Of a DNA stretch of 64,000 nucleotides, positions 26,222 to 39,329 are shown one piece after another (position 1 is the first letter of the stretch; each line of letters opens with the position of its first letter). This DNA comes from Azolla caroliniana (Eukaryota; Plantae; Polypodiophyta): contig JBHGNT010000002.1 of assembly GCA_043228905.1 (NCBI GenBank), forward strand, positions 27,404,001 to 27,468,000, in the 5' to 3' direction. The notes under the pieces were generated by a model. That model was given only the letters and a program-made list of their open reading frames with translations, made no database searches and was not told the DNA's origin. Both the position numbers and the translations under genes were made by a program.

Positions 26222-26534
26222 GGGAAAAGTACCAAGATACCCCTTGATGTTCGTCTATTTACCAGAATGCCCCTGGAAGTTCCAAATTTACCAAACTACC
26301 CCTATGTCCAAAAAATTACACTTTATAAAGTAATTATACACTCAAATCTACAAGCCCTATTTACCAAAGATGGAAGAAATGGACCCGAACTAGCCCTATT
26401 TACCAAACATTTGAGTGTATAATTACTTTATAAAGTGTATTTTTTTGGACATAGGGGTAGTTTGGTAAATTTGGAACTTCCAAGGGCATTCTGGTAAATA
26501 GACGAACTTCCAGGGGTATCTTGGTACTTTTCCC
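26222..26534. mobile_element. Mutator-like MITE (313 bp) with 126-bp terminal inverted repeats and a 9-bp TSD
   Basis: TIRs at 26222-26347 and 26409-26534 (4 mismatches) start GGGAAAAGT. TSD TTCATAATA at 26213-26221 and 26535-26543. Confidence 0.93.
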
Positions 26535-27243
26535 TTCATAATATTAGCGACTTTTGCGTCTCTCATATTAGCATATAGAACTTTTGAAAATTTTATGTAT
26601 ATCCCATCTCATCACTTGTTAATTGTTGGGTGGGGGCCGTGAACCACTCAAAAGTTGAGATAATTATATAAGATTGGAGATGATCCGCATTGAATTCAAG
26701 TGGTTCGTTGAATATTTGATTTTGACCAGAGTAGTTTGCAAGGCATAGTTAGCGCTTCATTTTGGGGTGATTAAAACTTAATAAGAGATGTCTAGAGTTC
26801 GAGGATTTAGCTTTTGCGTCTTGGTTTAATCTTCGATATTTTTGGATAGTTTACTTTTATGAACCTTTGCAAATAGTAAATTTATTATATGATTATCCCT
26901 TCAACTACCTACCCATGCCAAAAAAAATGCAAGGGCTATGTTGCTTAGGCCTCATTATTTTATCGTTACCAAACAATCGATGATCAAATGTGTTTATGGT
27001 GTGCTTCTACACTCCATGCAAATGTGATGGTGAGAAAGAGCGTTTGCTTTATATGATTACTAGCAAATTCTGCTTGTAAAGATGGAATAGATATTTTGAT
27101 GCTCATGAACAGAATTCAATAGTAATCAATAGCCATTTGATCCCAAAATAAGCTCATCACCCATACGTTAATATTATGGGAATGGCAAGATGCGTGGTCT
27201 CATAAATCTCTATATTTGTATAGTTTCAATAGCTAAACAACAA

Positions 27244-27316
27244 GGTCCCATGGTGTAGTGGTTATCACGTTCGCTTTACACGCGAAAGGTCGCGAGTTCG
27301 ATCCTCGCTGGGGCCA
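27244..27316 (+). tRNA. tRNA-Val (anticodon TAC), nuclear
   Basis: Acceptor stem GGTCCCA/TGGGGCC, anticodon arm TTCGC-TTTACAC-GCGAA, T-loop GTTCGATC, upstream CAA motifs and downstream TTTT. Confidence 0.95.
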
Positions 27317-28660
27317 CTTCTTTTCCCTCCGTTTATCGAATCTCTTATCATTTTGAAATGAATTTGAAATTTTTTAGCTCTCTACTAATATATTGTGGTG
27401 TGCATGTGTTTATGTGCATTTCACAATATCTACAGCACTTTTTCTATTATATACATAATATGATCATTGTTCAGTTCGAACAAAATAACTTCTAAGTGCT
27501 TGGCTCCTTACTACATATATGTACACACAATCTTGGTTTGCACAGAGTAACCCATTGAAAAACCAGATTTCATTTCTAAATATGCTTACGTTTGTTCTTC
27601 AAAAATATACGTGAAAAATTAAAGTATGTAGAACCATATGTTGCATTGGATAGTACAGGCATTTATCTCGCTGATTTTAGTTCAGTTGACTTCTTCCCTA
27701 ACAAGCCCTCGAGTGTTTGGTCTAATCAACAAGTTGAGAAAATATTTCAAGGCAAGGTTTGTTCCAAAGAGTACGAGAGTGGCAGAGTATATATACATAT
27801 GTATCTACCTGTGCACATATATGTACCTGGTAGATAGAAAGCTACAGATCATGCATACAGTTTATTCATTTAACTGAAATGAATGCAATGATTTAAACAT
27901 CAAGGCTACATGTTCATATATTATATATGTTGAAAGTTTAAATATAGATAGATGTTCAAAATCAGAGTACTGCAGTTTATTACCATCGGAAACAATCAAT
28001 ATCACTTGAAATAATATGTTCGACAAACATAGCACAATGCTATAATAAGAAATACAAAGAGAATTGTCTAGTTATGGTGAAACTGAGATAGAAATTCTTT
28101 CCAAAATACTATGTATATGACAAAATAACTTATACATATAGGGTTTAGGGTGTAACAAGTGAAATAATGAACATAACTAAAATCGCACTTTTAATATTGA
28201 TTTTCATTCCCCTTCAACAGTCTTTGCAAGACCTTGACAAATAAAGATGTAGAGACCATAATAAGGATTAATTGTAATAATCTTCCCAAAACAAAACGAT
28301 CGTGCTTGAACATTCTAAGTTGGCTGAGATATATCATAACTGGGTTCAGCCTAGGAAATATGATTTTTATGGCAAAAAAACTAAATAAACCTAGACAGCA
28401 CTTCAAGCTTGAATCTCTGCAAGTGGATCATTTATGAGGATAGATTATGTAAGTATGCGGATAGATGGGGTAAGCTTCATCCCTACTTCAGGCCATAAAT
28501 TCCCAAAGCTTTTAATCGACTCTACATTCAGGTTACACTAAAAGGAGTGCTAAATAAAGCACAACTTTCGAAACCTCAAATTTCAAGTGTTTTGACCTAC
28601 TTCCAAATCATTTGCTTTTTAATTTATTGCTTCTCTTTGCACCAAAATCTCCTGCAACAC

Positions 28661-31600
28661 TTAATGTGGCTCATCTTTCTTCTTGACCCGAAACAATGGT
28701 GTTGATGCCTTAAGCTTTTCTCTTCTAATAATTCTCTCTTTGGTTCCAGTAATTTCCTCCTTTGATCTGTTTTGATGAGTCCATCCATTCTTGGAGCTAC
28801 TAGAGTCCCACTTCTTCTCCACTGAATTCAAGATATTCTTTACACCTTTTCGCGCAACATCTTTCTGGGTAGGTGATTCATGTACCATTGTTGCAAGAAC
28901 TTCACTAATAGCATTACACCCCACATCAAAAACAACCCCGTTGCTTGGGTTATTGACATCTTCTCCATCATGAGAATCTATAGCTTCCTCCAAGTCTTCA
29001 ACTTTCACATTCTCTGATTCGCTTATACTTGGGTTATTGACATCTTCTCCATCATGAGAATCTATAGCTTCCTCCAAATCTTCAACTTTCACATTTTCTG
29101 ATTCGCTTATAGATACTGATATCACTTGCCCAACATCAGTTGCAGGATCATCAACATCATAGTCTTTTGAACCATTTTTAGTAGGTGTTTCCTGGCATGC
29201 TTTCATAGTTCCAACAACATCATTGTATTTTGAGCTGTTCTCTGTACCATTGACTTTCAGCTTTTCAGACTGTGATCTGGACAAAGATCTCTTAATAGGT
29301 TGCTTTGGATTATCTAGGCTATTCTTAGCCTTCCCAGATTTTACATCATTTGGCGTCAGATGTGATCTTTCATTGAACACACCAATAGAAATGCTCCTGC
29401 TGGAGTTTGAGAAACCTCCATTTTGACCTTCAGGGGATACACCAGTAGAGGTATGTCTCCTGTTGGAGCTTTCAAAACTCCCATTCATGCCTTCACTGAC
29501 AGAACTATTCCGTCTACTAAATTTCGGTGACTTGGCCCGGGTGGTAGGAATCTGGAATAATGTGCACCAACACATAATTGTTTCAGCCATAACTAATCAT
29601 AAAAATGAAAAAAATATTTAGTTTGATTCAAATTCAAAACAGTATTGTAGTACTAGGTACAAAATAACACATCAATGAGCATTAGGCACATTCCAAGATC
29701 CATACACGTGAGTACATGGGTTAAATAGTTAATCAAAGATAAGTCTAGTTCCCATGTTGCATCTAGAATTAATCTTAATACAACCGGTTCCTCTCAAGCC
29801 TCCATGCATGATTTTGTTTTCGAATTATCTTGATAGAATTGTTAGGCAAATGCTTCCTAATATATCCAGAGAGTAACCAGCTCCTAAATTCTTTTTACAA
29901 GATCATGCACCTTTTTGAGCTCTGCTTTTGGGGGTGTTCCCTCATGATAGAATGTAGGCATTGGCGAAGCTTTGAATGTCAAGCTTTTCCTGAGCAATCT
30001 TAGTTCTGCTTGTGTTTCCTCCTGTTAAATATTTACCGTAGATGGTTAAAATGTTTAGTAATAACCTGCCAGGATGTGAAAAAATTGCGTTGTTACATGC
30101 ATATTACCTGTGACTTTGCTTGAATTTGAATTTTCTCCTCTTCTTTAGCATTATGGATCTCCTCCAACTTCATGTAGAACTAATATAGTCAAAAACCATA
30201 TTAGTTTAAATAAAATAAGATGTTTTTAAATCAGATGCCTTCAATGTGTTACTAAAATCCCACACAATCATGCAGAATTAGTGAGCAATATAATATATCG
30301 TAGATGAATATGATACTAAGTAGATAGTAAAGAGGAGGCAGATTTGTATCCAAAGAGAAAACTAAATTATAATATTAGATAAAGGGAAGGCACCTGTTTT
30401 CTCTTTTCCGCACGTTCATCGCATTTGAAGTTGAAACCGCAACCCTTTGTCTTTGTGGTTATTGATTTCCTAAACAAAGTTAAGCAATATATGTCCTTTC
30501 TGGTTGAAATACTAGGAAAGAAAGAATAGCTCCAAGACCACTGGTTCGGTTTAAGGATACATTGAAGATACAGATTGTATATCATCATCTTGGGTTTTGC
30601 TTTTAACACTCACGCAATCGAACGACCTTGTATTTCACATATTGATCCAATATATACACACACACACACACATACATACATATGCTCAGAACACCAGCAT
30701 AAATGAAAGGTAAAACAAAAATAATAATAGCAAATATATGATTCAAGAAATCAGTGATAAAGACACAAAGCTCACTTTCTGCAGTCATCATTAGAGAACT
30801 TGGTGCTCCTGGGTTCTGTCTTAAGGTTGGTCTGTTGCAAATAATCAGTCGCATGTAAACATGTAAGAAGAAGCAAAATTATTTAACATCAAGCACTGTA
30901 AGCAAAAGAAAACAAAACGGAAAATAGCCCTGGGTTTTCTCTCATTTCACCAAATGCCTGAACAACTTCAAAAAAGAGAAAGGGGATGTATTTGTCATAT
31001 AATTGCACAAATAGCACACATAATTGCCAGAAAGACAGGACCAAAAATCAACAAAAACATAAGGGCATTGGGGTAAAAAGTTCAGTATTTCAGAGTTTCC
31101 CCAAAAAACAAATACATCACACGTAAACAAAATAGTATGTAACATCTTTACATATCTATAAGCAATAAATAAATAAATAATACTTACATATGCATTCTTT
31201 GCTGTAATCCTCCCATGAGCAACATTAAGAAGGCGGGAGTTACGAGAATTTAATGAGGTTTTCTCGGGCATTTCTTTCCCTCCAAATGGCGAGCGCTTAT
31301 CATTTGCAAGAGAAAAAGGCTGAAATATGGTGGCATTTGTCCGAGTGATGTTGTTACTCAGAGATTTCTGAACCACGCTTTCTGGTTTTCCTTTTCTTGA
31401 TAGATATGGTGATGCCCCAAGCTTTTCCATAACAACCTAGGTCCCATTTGAAATCCAGAATTAATTCCCTAAGAAAATGCTCATAAGTATTAAAAACAAC
31501 ACTCTCTCTCTCTCTCTCTCTTGTATTAGGACTGTAACCTAGTGAGAAGCCATGCACAACAGAGCCATCAAACTGCTGCGCACACACTCACACACATTGA

Positions 31601-32663
31601 AATTAGAAACAGGAAAAGGGAATTTGGTGACCTACACTGCGTCAATGTACCAGAAACAGAAGAGAATAATGTCACTTTGGAATGCTCACATATGAGGACA
31701 TCAAGCATGTTTTTCATGATTTTGTACAAGGTAGTATTACCTTTCAAAAACTTCTTACGAGTATGGAACTATCGATGACAGCACTAGGAATGCCCTTTAC
31801 TCATTCACTTCATGACCGAAAACAACTCACTTAAGATCCAAAATGTGAAATTAGAAAACAAGCTTACACGGCTACAGAAAGACCTTTGTACTTCATAGAT
31901 CATGTGGCCCCCATGGACATTAATCCATCATCATCATCATCATCATCTCTCTAGGTCAAGTAAGCCGGCCAGATCATGTTACCTTTTGTTCTTTCTTGCT
32001 AACCCCCTTTCTCTAACATTTGTAATCATGATTTGTCTCAAAGGTCATTATCAGCCTCTAGTAGACGTTAATATTTCGTTCTTTGTTTGTTTCGGTCCTC
32101 TCTCATTTTTATAGTCATGACTCGTGATTCGACTTACAGGCAGATTTTGCCCAGGAAACATTAATATATCTTTCTTTCTTTCTAGGTTGAATTCAGTCTC
32201 CAGAGGAGTTCATATACCTTTCTCTCTTTTAATCTTTTTTTCTCTCACTCTAGCATATTTATAATCATGATTTGTCTTCTAGGCAAAACTTGGCGCTTCT
32301 CTCTCACTCTCTAAAATACATATACGCAGACACCTATGCACACACCTTATTCTCGAATTCTTCAATCCGCAAACCATTGTCTTTGGCCTTTGTTAACATG
32401 GCCGTCTCATCATCTTTGCATGCTTTTGACTCAACTACATTTAAAGATGACTCGTCATCGTCCACTTGCTTGCTGGTTTCTATAAAACTCTGGCAATCAA
32501 CCTCTTTAATCTCAGCATCTGTGATCGAATCTTCTGTCGGTGCATCAGAGGAATTTTCTGGACAGTCTCGAGTGCACAGCTCTTTCACGTCCATATATTC
32601 TTTGGAGAAATCTAAAAGACTACCTTCATAAGAGTTATCAAGCTGAGGTGTTAAGACATCCAT
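28661..32663 (-). CDS. WVD2-like (WDL) microtubule-associated protein with TPX2 domain, about 590 aa; exons 32663-32346, 31436-31188, 30831-30776, 30469-30394, 30179-30108, 30021-29911, 29551-28661
   Basis: Spliced [15 protein letters not shown]|[21 protein letters not shown]|[25 protein letters not shown]...ELKK|[10 protein letters not shown] is the TPX2/KLEEK domain, with an upstream QPFSLA..KR motif. GT..AG junctions give 1773 nt in frame. The 5' exons are less certain. Confidence 0.88.
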
Positions 32664-33747
32664 CAGGAAACAAACCACCTGCAAGAGCAACAGAGTTACA
32701 CAACAAAAGTGCGGGTGAACATTAAACTATCAAAAGTGCAAAGTAAGGTTTTTATGTCATGCAGCGCAGAAATAATTGGATCTGAGAGAGACAAAAAGAC
32801 AATGAATGATCTACAAAGCCCGATTGTATTGGAACTAACACACGAGATAGTTCTTATATAGGGAAGAAATGGGCTATCTGTACAGAGATTTTCTATGTAT
32901 ATGGCTAACACTAGACTGCATAATCCTATCCTAATGTCTAAATTAAAGCCACAGAACAAACAGAGAATCATGATTGTCTGAGAAGTAACGTATAGCATTA
33001 TATGCCAAAAGACATTTATCTCCTACTTCCTAGCTGAAGACGCATATTTTTCGACAGCACTGAGCTTACAATCTACTGAGCTGAAAAAGCTTATTTTCTG
33101 ATAGAAATGGATCTTCCACTGATTCTTCTTCTACAACGTACACAGTAAATGAATGTGGCAAAGTGGAAATTTGGACATGGAATTATAGATCAAAGTTCAA
33201 ATCTCTACGAAAAAAACAAGAAGAAATTTTCTAGAGAGATCACAGAACCACAAAAACAGAGATATGGAAGGAAAAGCAAAGACAGATGAAACCAGTGAGA
33301 GACCATTTCATAATGGAGCAGACACGGTGAATTATAGTTCAAAGCTCTGCAAATGGATAGAGAGAGAAATATGCACATACTCTTGTATTCCTTTGTAGTG
33401 AAGCAGCCTTCCCGGTGCTTTTGCTGATTTCTTTTCACATATAAACGATATTCTTTCGACTTTCCTCTGAGATTGAGAGGTTTTCTCATGTAACAACTAT
33501 GGTTGTTTTTCCTTCACATTTAGACGACGCTCCTTTTTCTCTGAGTAGGAATCTCCACAGTTAGCTGATATTTTGGATTCCTCCACTTGAGTTTCTCTTC
33601 TTCTTCTTCGTCTTCTGGTCTGAGCAGAAATCTTCAGAATTTGCCTTCAGTTTTTAAACATACAAAATTGGTAGGGTCTCCTCAGAGGAAGTTCATGAGA
33701 CGAAAATAGAGGAAATCCACTCGTCGCTGAGAAAATAAAAGACAATA

Positions 33748-33749
<2 letters not shown>

Positions 33750-33816
<67 letters not shown>
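33750..33816. repeat. (CT)n microsatellite upstream of the WDL gene
   Basis: About 33 uninterrupted CT units. Confidence 0.95.
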
Positions 33817-33819
<3 letters not shown>

Positions 33820-34097
33820 AAATATGTATTAAAAAAAGAAGAAGCTCGGAGTTTGTTTCAAAAGCTTTCTGTTTTCAGAGAGGTGATGAGCGGAAATCGG
33901 TTTCTGCGCAGATCTGAGCCTGCCCACCCTCGGGATTCCTTTCTCTGTTACTGTGTACGTGTACTGAAGCACGTTTCTGGACAAGAAAACGCCATGGCGG
34001 CGAGCTTTCAAAACAAAAAGGAGGAGGAGAAAGAAGAAGCAGAAGAAAAGGGAGGGTTCTTTTGTTGCTGTTGTGGCTATGGCGAAAATTTTGAATG

Positions 34098-34136
<39 letters not shown>

Positions 34137-34278
34137 ACAGAGAAGATGCCTGCATTTTTTGAAAATGATGCTCGTGATGGATGGATGATGGATGATGATG
34201 TTCATACTCATGGCCATCCTCATGTTCATGGATGGCCATATCCATGGATCACATGCACTTTTGAAAATGATAATTTAT

Positions 34279-34400
34279 AATGATGATGGTGATGGCCATG
34301 GTGATGGTGATGGTGATGGTGATGATGATGATGATGATGATGATGATGCTGATGGTGATGATGATGGTGATGATGATGGTGATGGTGATGATGATGATAT
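34279..34400. repeat. (GAT/GGT)n microsatellite
   Basis: Compound trinucleotide repeat; it produces the poly-His and poly-Asp ORFs in the track. Confidence 0.9.
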
Positions 34401-37400
34401 GATGATAGATTATAATAGATGATGATGTACATATATAAATAGATAGATTATGATGCTACATGATGATGGACATGGTCATGGATGGCATCCAACACATGCA
34501 CATGGGCCATGGCTACCGTGTTTTGTGTTCTGTTATGCTTCTATAGTCTCGTCTCGTCTCGTCTTTCTGTTCGGCGGAAATATTCATGAGATGTCAATGA
34601 GCAAGTTATAGCTCTGCCCAATCCAGCTTCACCCACATTGCCTTATTAAGTTGTGGGTTGCTAGTGCCAAGCTCTTGTGTTTGTGTTGCTCGGATTGTTT
34701 TTGTCTTTTGTATGTTAAATACGTGGTGCGTCTGTTTTGTCTCTATGTCAAGTATTTGTTTTGCAACCTCTGATTGTCACTTAAGCTATATTGCTAGTGA
34801 ATGATGGCACAAGTTTTAACATGGCAAGCATGGATATATGTATGTCTTCATGTTTGCATACAACTTTATAAATTTCGCAATCTCTTATCTCACGATGTCT
34901 AGAGTATGAGAAATGGACAACACGGGCTACAAGGACATAAATTTGCAACAATTGCGAGTTAATGAAGGCTAAAGGTCCATTGGTTAGATGGCCTCTATTT
35001 GTGAGATAGACCTTAGATTTTGTACTTATACAACAACCTACCCACCCCTTCATTCTTCATTCTTCATTCTTTGTGACATGGATCCTTATTTTCCTCTCCG
35101 AATAATGGTGGTCAATCAAGGGTCCCTTGGATAGATGCATTTGGATGGGAATGTCCTTGACATAGCCTATTTGCATGAAGGTTTGGTTGCCCTCTCTATA
35201 ATCCTTCACATGAAGTGTGATTGTTTCTTTACCATTCGTCTCTCCACATGGAAACCAATGTATGTGGTAGGAGTTCGAGGATGCATGGCCCTCACCTCAA
35301 CCAGGGGCATAAATGGCTAGGTAGTAAGTTAAACTCTAGCCTTCATTCACTCTTCACATGTTTATTCATTGTTAGCGTTCCCTTAAACGGCAATGTTATG
35401 CTTTCACTCTATGTATAAATTGCGTAAAATATGGCATTGTACATGACGATGTCAATGTTGTAAAAACTAACCAAATACTAGTTAGTGCACATGAACTAAA
35501 CTTTGAAAAATATGGTGGCATTTTTCAGTTAATATTTCACGAAGCTTATTGCCTTGATATTTGAACACATTCCATAAGCTTTACCCCCACACCATATATG
35601 ACACCATAGTGAACTAAATTGTAGTATTGTTTTCGTGGTGTGATCAAGAATGTATTGTCTTGTTATGTCATACAATTGATTACAATAATGGAGTACTGGA
35701 GTTCCCTCAAAAATCATATAGGTTGTGCTAGCAAAGGAACTTGCATTGAAGCATGACATTGCTTTATGTATCCTTAACTGGCATGCATGTAGAAGCTCCC
35801 AATATCAAACACTTATAAACAAGTCCACCTTGACTCTATGTTCCATAAAGCAAGTACTTTTGTTCACAATAAGTCAATTGGACGTATTTGGTAAATAGGA
35901 AATTAGTGCAACCATCACGTGTAGAAAACTGGGGGCAATAGTTGAACTCTAGAATTGTTGCGTATGGTCCCATTTTTTTATCCAAAATTTGAGCATTTCA
36001 ATATGAACTTTCAAAATTTTGAACTTGTGGTTTTGAGAATTTCTATAAAGGGAATCCATTTTCATAGAACTAATTGTAGGCACAAACAATTCTTAGGTAT
36101 TATCTCAAGATTAAAAATAGTATATTAGCATTTTGTCTTATGATTAACATAACAAGCAACACTTCCGTTTTCAACCCTTGGGTTGTGAGAAGGAGATAGA
36201 AGTGATTATGAAAGCCTTGTTTTTAGATGCATTTCATCACTCTGCAATGTGCAAATTCTTTAATCATTATTAAATAGAACAATGTTAAATCTCTATTGTG
36301 ATTAATAAAGTGAAAATGTAATATTTTGGTCCATTGAGTCGTGGAAACTAAACTTATAAAGCCTTGTTAATATGTATGACTATGTTTTAATGTGCATGAG
36401 AATGAAAGGAGATAACTTTGTGAATTTATAATCTAGCTATTTGTAGATATAATAGTAATTTAATTGGATTGTGATAACTATAATGTTTTATGTGATATGG
36501 AATGACAATGCTTTGAACTCGTGCTAAGACGAAATGCCTTGTTAAATGCGTTCTCCTAATTCCCTACTATTTGAGAATATTCACTGACCTTAAAACTACT
36601 TTTCTCAACCAATTGATTAAACCTTGCTCTTGTTGTCCAAAACAATATGATAGTTCCACATACCATGCCAATGTTGATGTTATGATCATCAAGAGGTGGG
36701 TTGTAAGTTTGTGTGGTTGAGAGATTGTATTGATTGTAAGATTGAGGGATTGTATTGTATTGTAAATTTCTTCGTGACATCGAACAATCTTGAGACTTGT
36801 CCAACTATAAAGTCCTTAGAGTCTGCACATATAATTATTGCATTGTAATGTATAATATATAAGGGGATGGGAGCTCCCCACACATAATCTCAAATAGACA
36901 AATGTAAGTCATGGTGATGTTAATTCATTACTTTCCTATCTAGCTTCGTGGTTTTGTCCAACCATTTGTCTCTTTGCTCCGCAACTCTCTTTGATTCCCC
37001 TATGTTCCTCATCTCTCTCACCTTGAGCCATTGGGTTGCGTCTAACCTCCTCACTTATCCTGACTTTACGCATTTTATTCCCCTCCTAAGTTTTCATCTA
37101 TCTAGATCCTCCTAATTGAACTCACTCAACCTCTTCCAACTATCCATTGATTTGTTTATGATCCTTTATTGATCCACCATGTTTGTTCATGCCCTTCCGT
37201 TTTGCATGCCCTCCATCATGGTCCTCTATTTTTTTTTCATGAAAATATATTCTTCATTGGTATTAGAATTACAGTGAGTGGCCAAAGGCCTTATACAAAA
37301 TAGTCTAATATTACATATCACCATAGTCATTATCATCTAATTTATGTTGTAGTTTGACTTATTCTGAAACCTACGTGCAACAATGACTAACAACTCGTTC

Positions 37401-38724
37401 TATATCAATGCTCCAACCATTTTCTAGTTCGATGTTGTGCCAAAATCCACTAGCTCTTTCTAGGCCAATTCTCCATTTGTCTCGAGCTCATTCTATGTTG
37501 ATATTCCTTACAAGTTGATGAGCCCTCTCTGGATAGTGATTATGCACCTCAATGTGTTGCATGTGGAACTGGAATATTAGATTTTGTACCAATTGTATAT
37601 TGTTGAGATTTTCATAAATATCTACTTGAATTCATTGAACCCTTTTAGGAATGGGTTCACTTGCAATAATTGTAATGCTCCTTCATGCTAGGCAATGCCA
37701 TGATAGGTTTCTCCTTAATGCCCTAAGAGGTGGCACCACTTTTAGAGTAAAATTCAAAGCTTAATGTAGATCATCAATCCACTAAATTGTCTACCCAATC
37801 AACATTTCTATAGTTAGGTGGGTGTATCAAAACTTCTACTTCATAAAATATTCCACAATTATGAAAATATTGTTGTTGTTGTTGTGTGTGTGTGTGTGTT
37901 GAGCCAAAAGCATGGGGGTCCTAAACAAGAAGTGTATGCAAATTTCATTAGGAAACATTTGAGGACGGTCACATACATAATGAGATGGAGTCTTAAGTCG
38001 TGTGCATGTGATTCTAATGTTCTTAGAGCTCAATAATATTTAAGTAGAAAATTCCAATTTCAAATAAACTAGATGATTAAGCGCCCACAATTACCAAATT
38101 ATAGTATCAAAGGCAATAAGGCAAGAGTGGATTTTACAAAGAAGGCTAGTAATATTATGACCTATAATTACATAAATTTAAGCCACACTTGGTGTTTTGG
38201 GACATTTCCCTAATTTATTCTTTTGCACTCTCTTTTGTATCGCCCTTCTATTTCACATTTAGGCTTGTTTAATTACAAATCCTTCATCCTCAAAGGTTAG
38301 GATGTCATTTTCAAAACGGTGAATTGATTTGCTAAGATGCCACATTTCCTTTTACTCAATAGTAAGGAAACAACAAATTTGGTTATGTAAGAAGTATTCA
38401 AGTGTCATGGTTTTCTAGATAACATTATCCATGATTATGGCTTGCACATCTCAAAATTTGGAAGCATTTGTTCTCAATATACTCACAATCTCTACCAAAG
38501 TCTGCTTGAGCTATCAAGACAAAATGTCAATCCAAATGAGTGTATGGATTATATGTCACAATCTTATCTCTTATGTTTCATCATATATCAATAGGGCAAT
38601 TAGGTATCAAACACAAATCATCCCCCTCATTAAACCGGTTTACGGTTTAGGGTCTATTAATGTTGTTATGATAATCACATTCAATTCTACAATATTCGAA
38701 GTGAGATTCCTTGCCATTTGCATG

Positions 38725-39182
38725 TGTCAGGCCCAAAGTTAGGAACGAGTTTTAAAATGAAGAAGAGAATGAGATCGCGAAAGATATGAGAGAGATAAGA
38801 AGAATTTGATAATGTATTAACAATGAGAGCAATGTTTACAAGAATATGCCGAAGACTGGCGTTGAACCATAATGGTTCATCAATAGTCAAATACATGTTT
38901 ATATAGCATGGTTTGGATACATGCATGCTCGCCACATCATAGGCACGCATGATTGCCACTTGGCATTCATGCAAGCATGCCCCTTGGCAATCATGCGTTA
39001 GCCTATGCAAGGTGGCGACATTTCAATAATATTATTATATGTATTTCCTATTGATATAATAGAATTTATTATTTAATATATACAATATGATGTATCCTAA
39101 TGGATGGGGTTGTATGCCTTCTTTGAGGAGGTCGTGGGTTCAAATCACCATAAAGCTTATTGGGTTTTGTATACACATGACA
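38725..39182 (-). repeat. 3' LTR (458 bp)
   Basis: TGTCA...TGACA ends. By eye, about 13 substitutions and 1 indel versus the 5' LTR (~3%). Confidence 0.95.
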
Positions 39183-39329
39183 CCATCCCCCTCCTTTGAC
39201 GACGAGTACTTGGCTTATATGGATATTGGCAATGAAATTCAGCCACCAAGTCAGAGGCATTATCAAGGTTCTCAGTTGGCTCCCAAGTACGATCATTTGG
39301 TGTATATCCTAACCAATCCACGAGATATT

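Noticed and set aside
30614-30626. 13-nt micro-exon in WDL (AG..GTGAGT)
   Set aside because: It would shift the frame and has no polypyrimidine tract; the flanking exons already join in frame.
33829-34432. Poly-His and poly-Asp ORFs as metal-binding peptides
   Set aside because: They are fully explained by (GAT/GGT)n and (GA)n microsatellites, with no other coding evidence.
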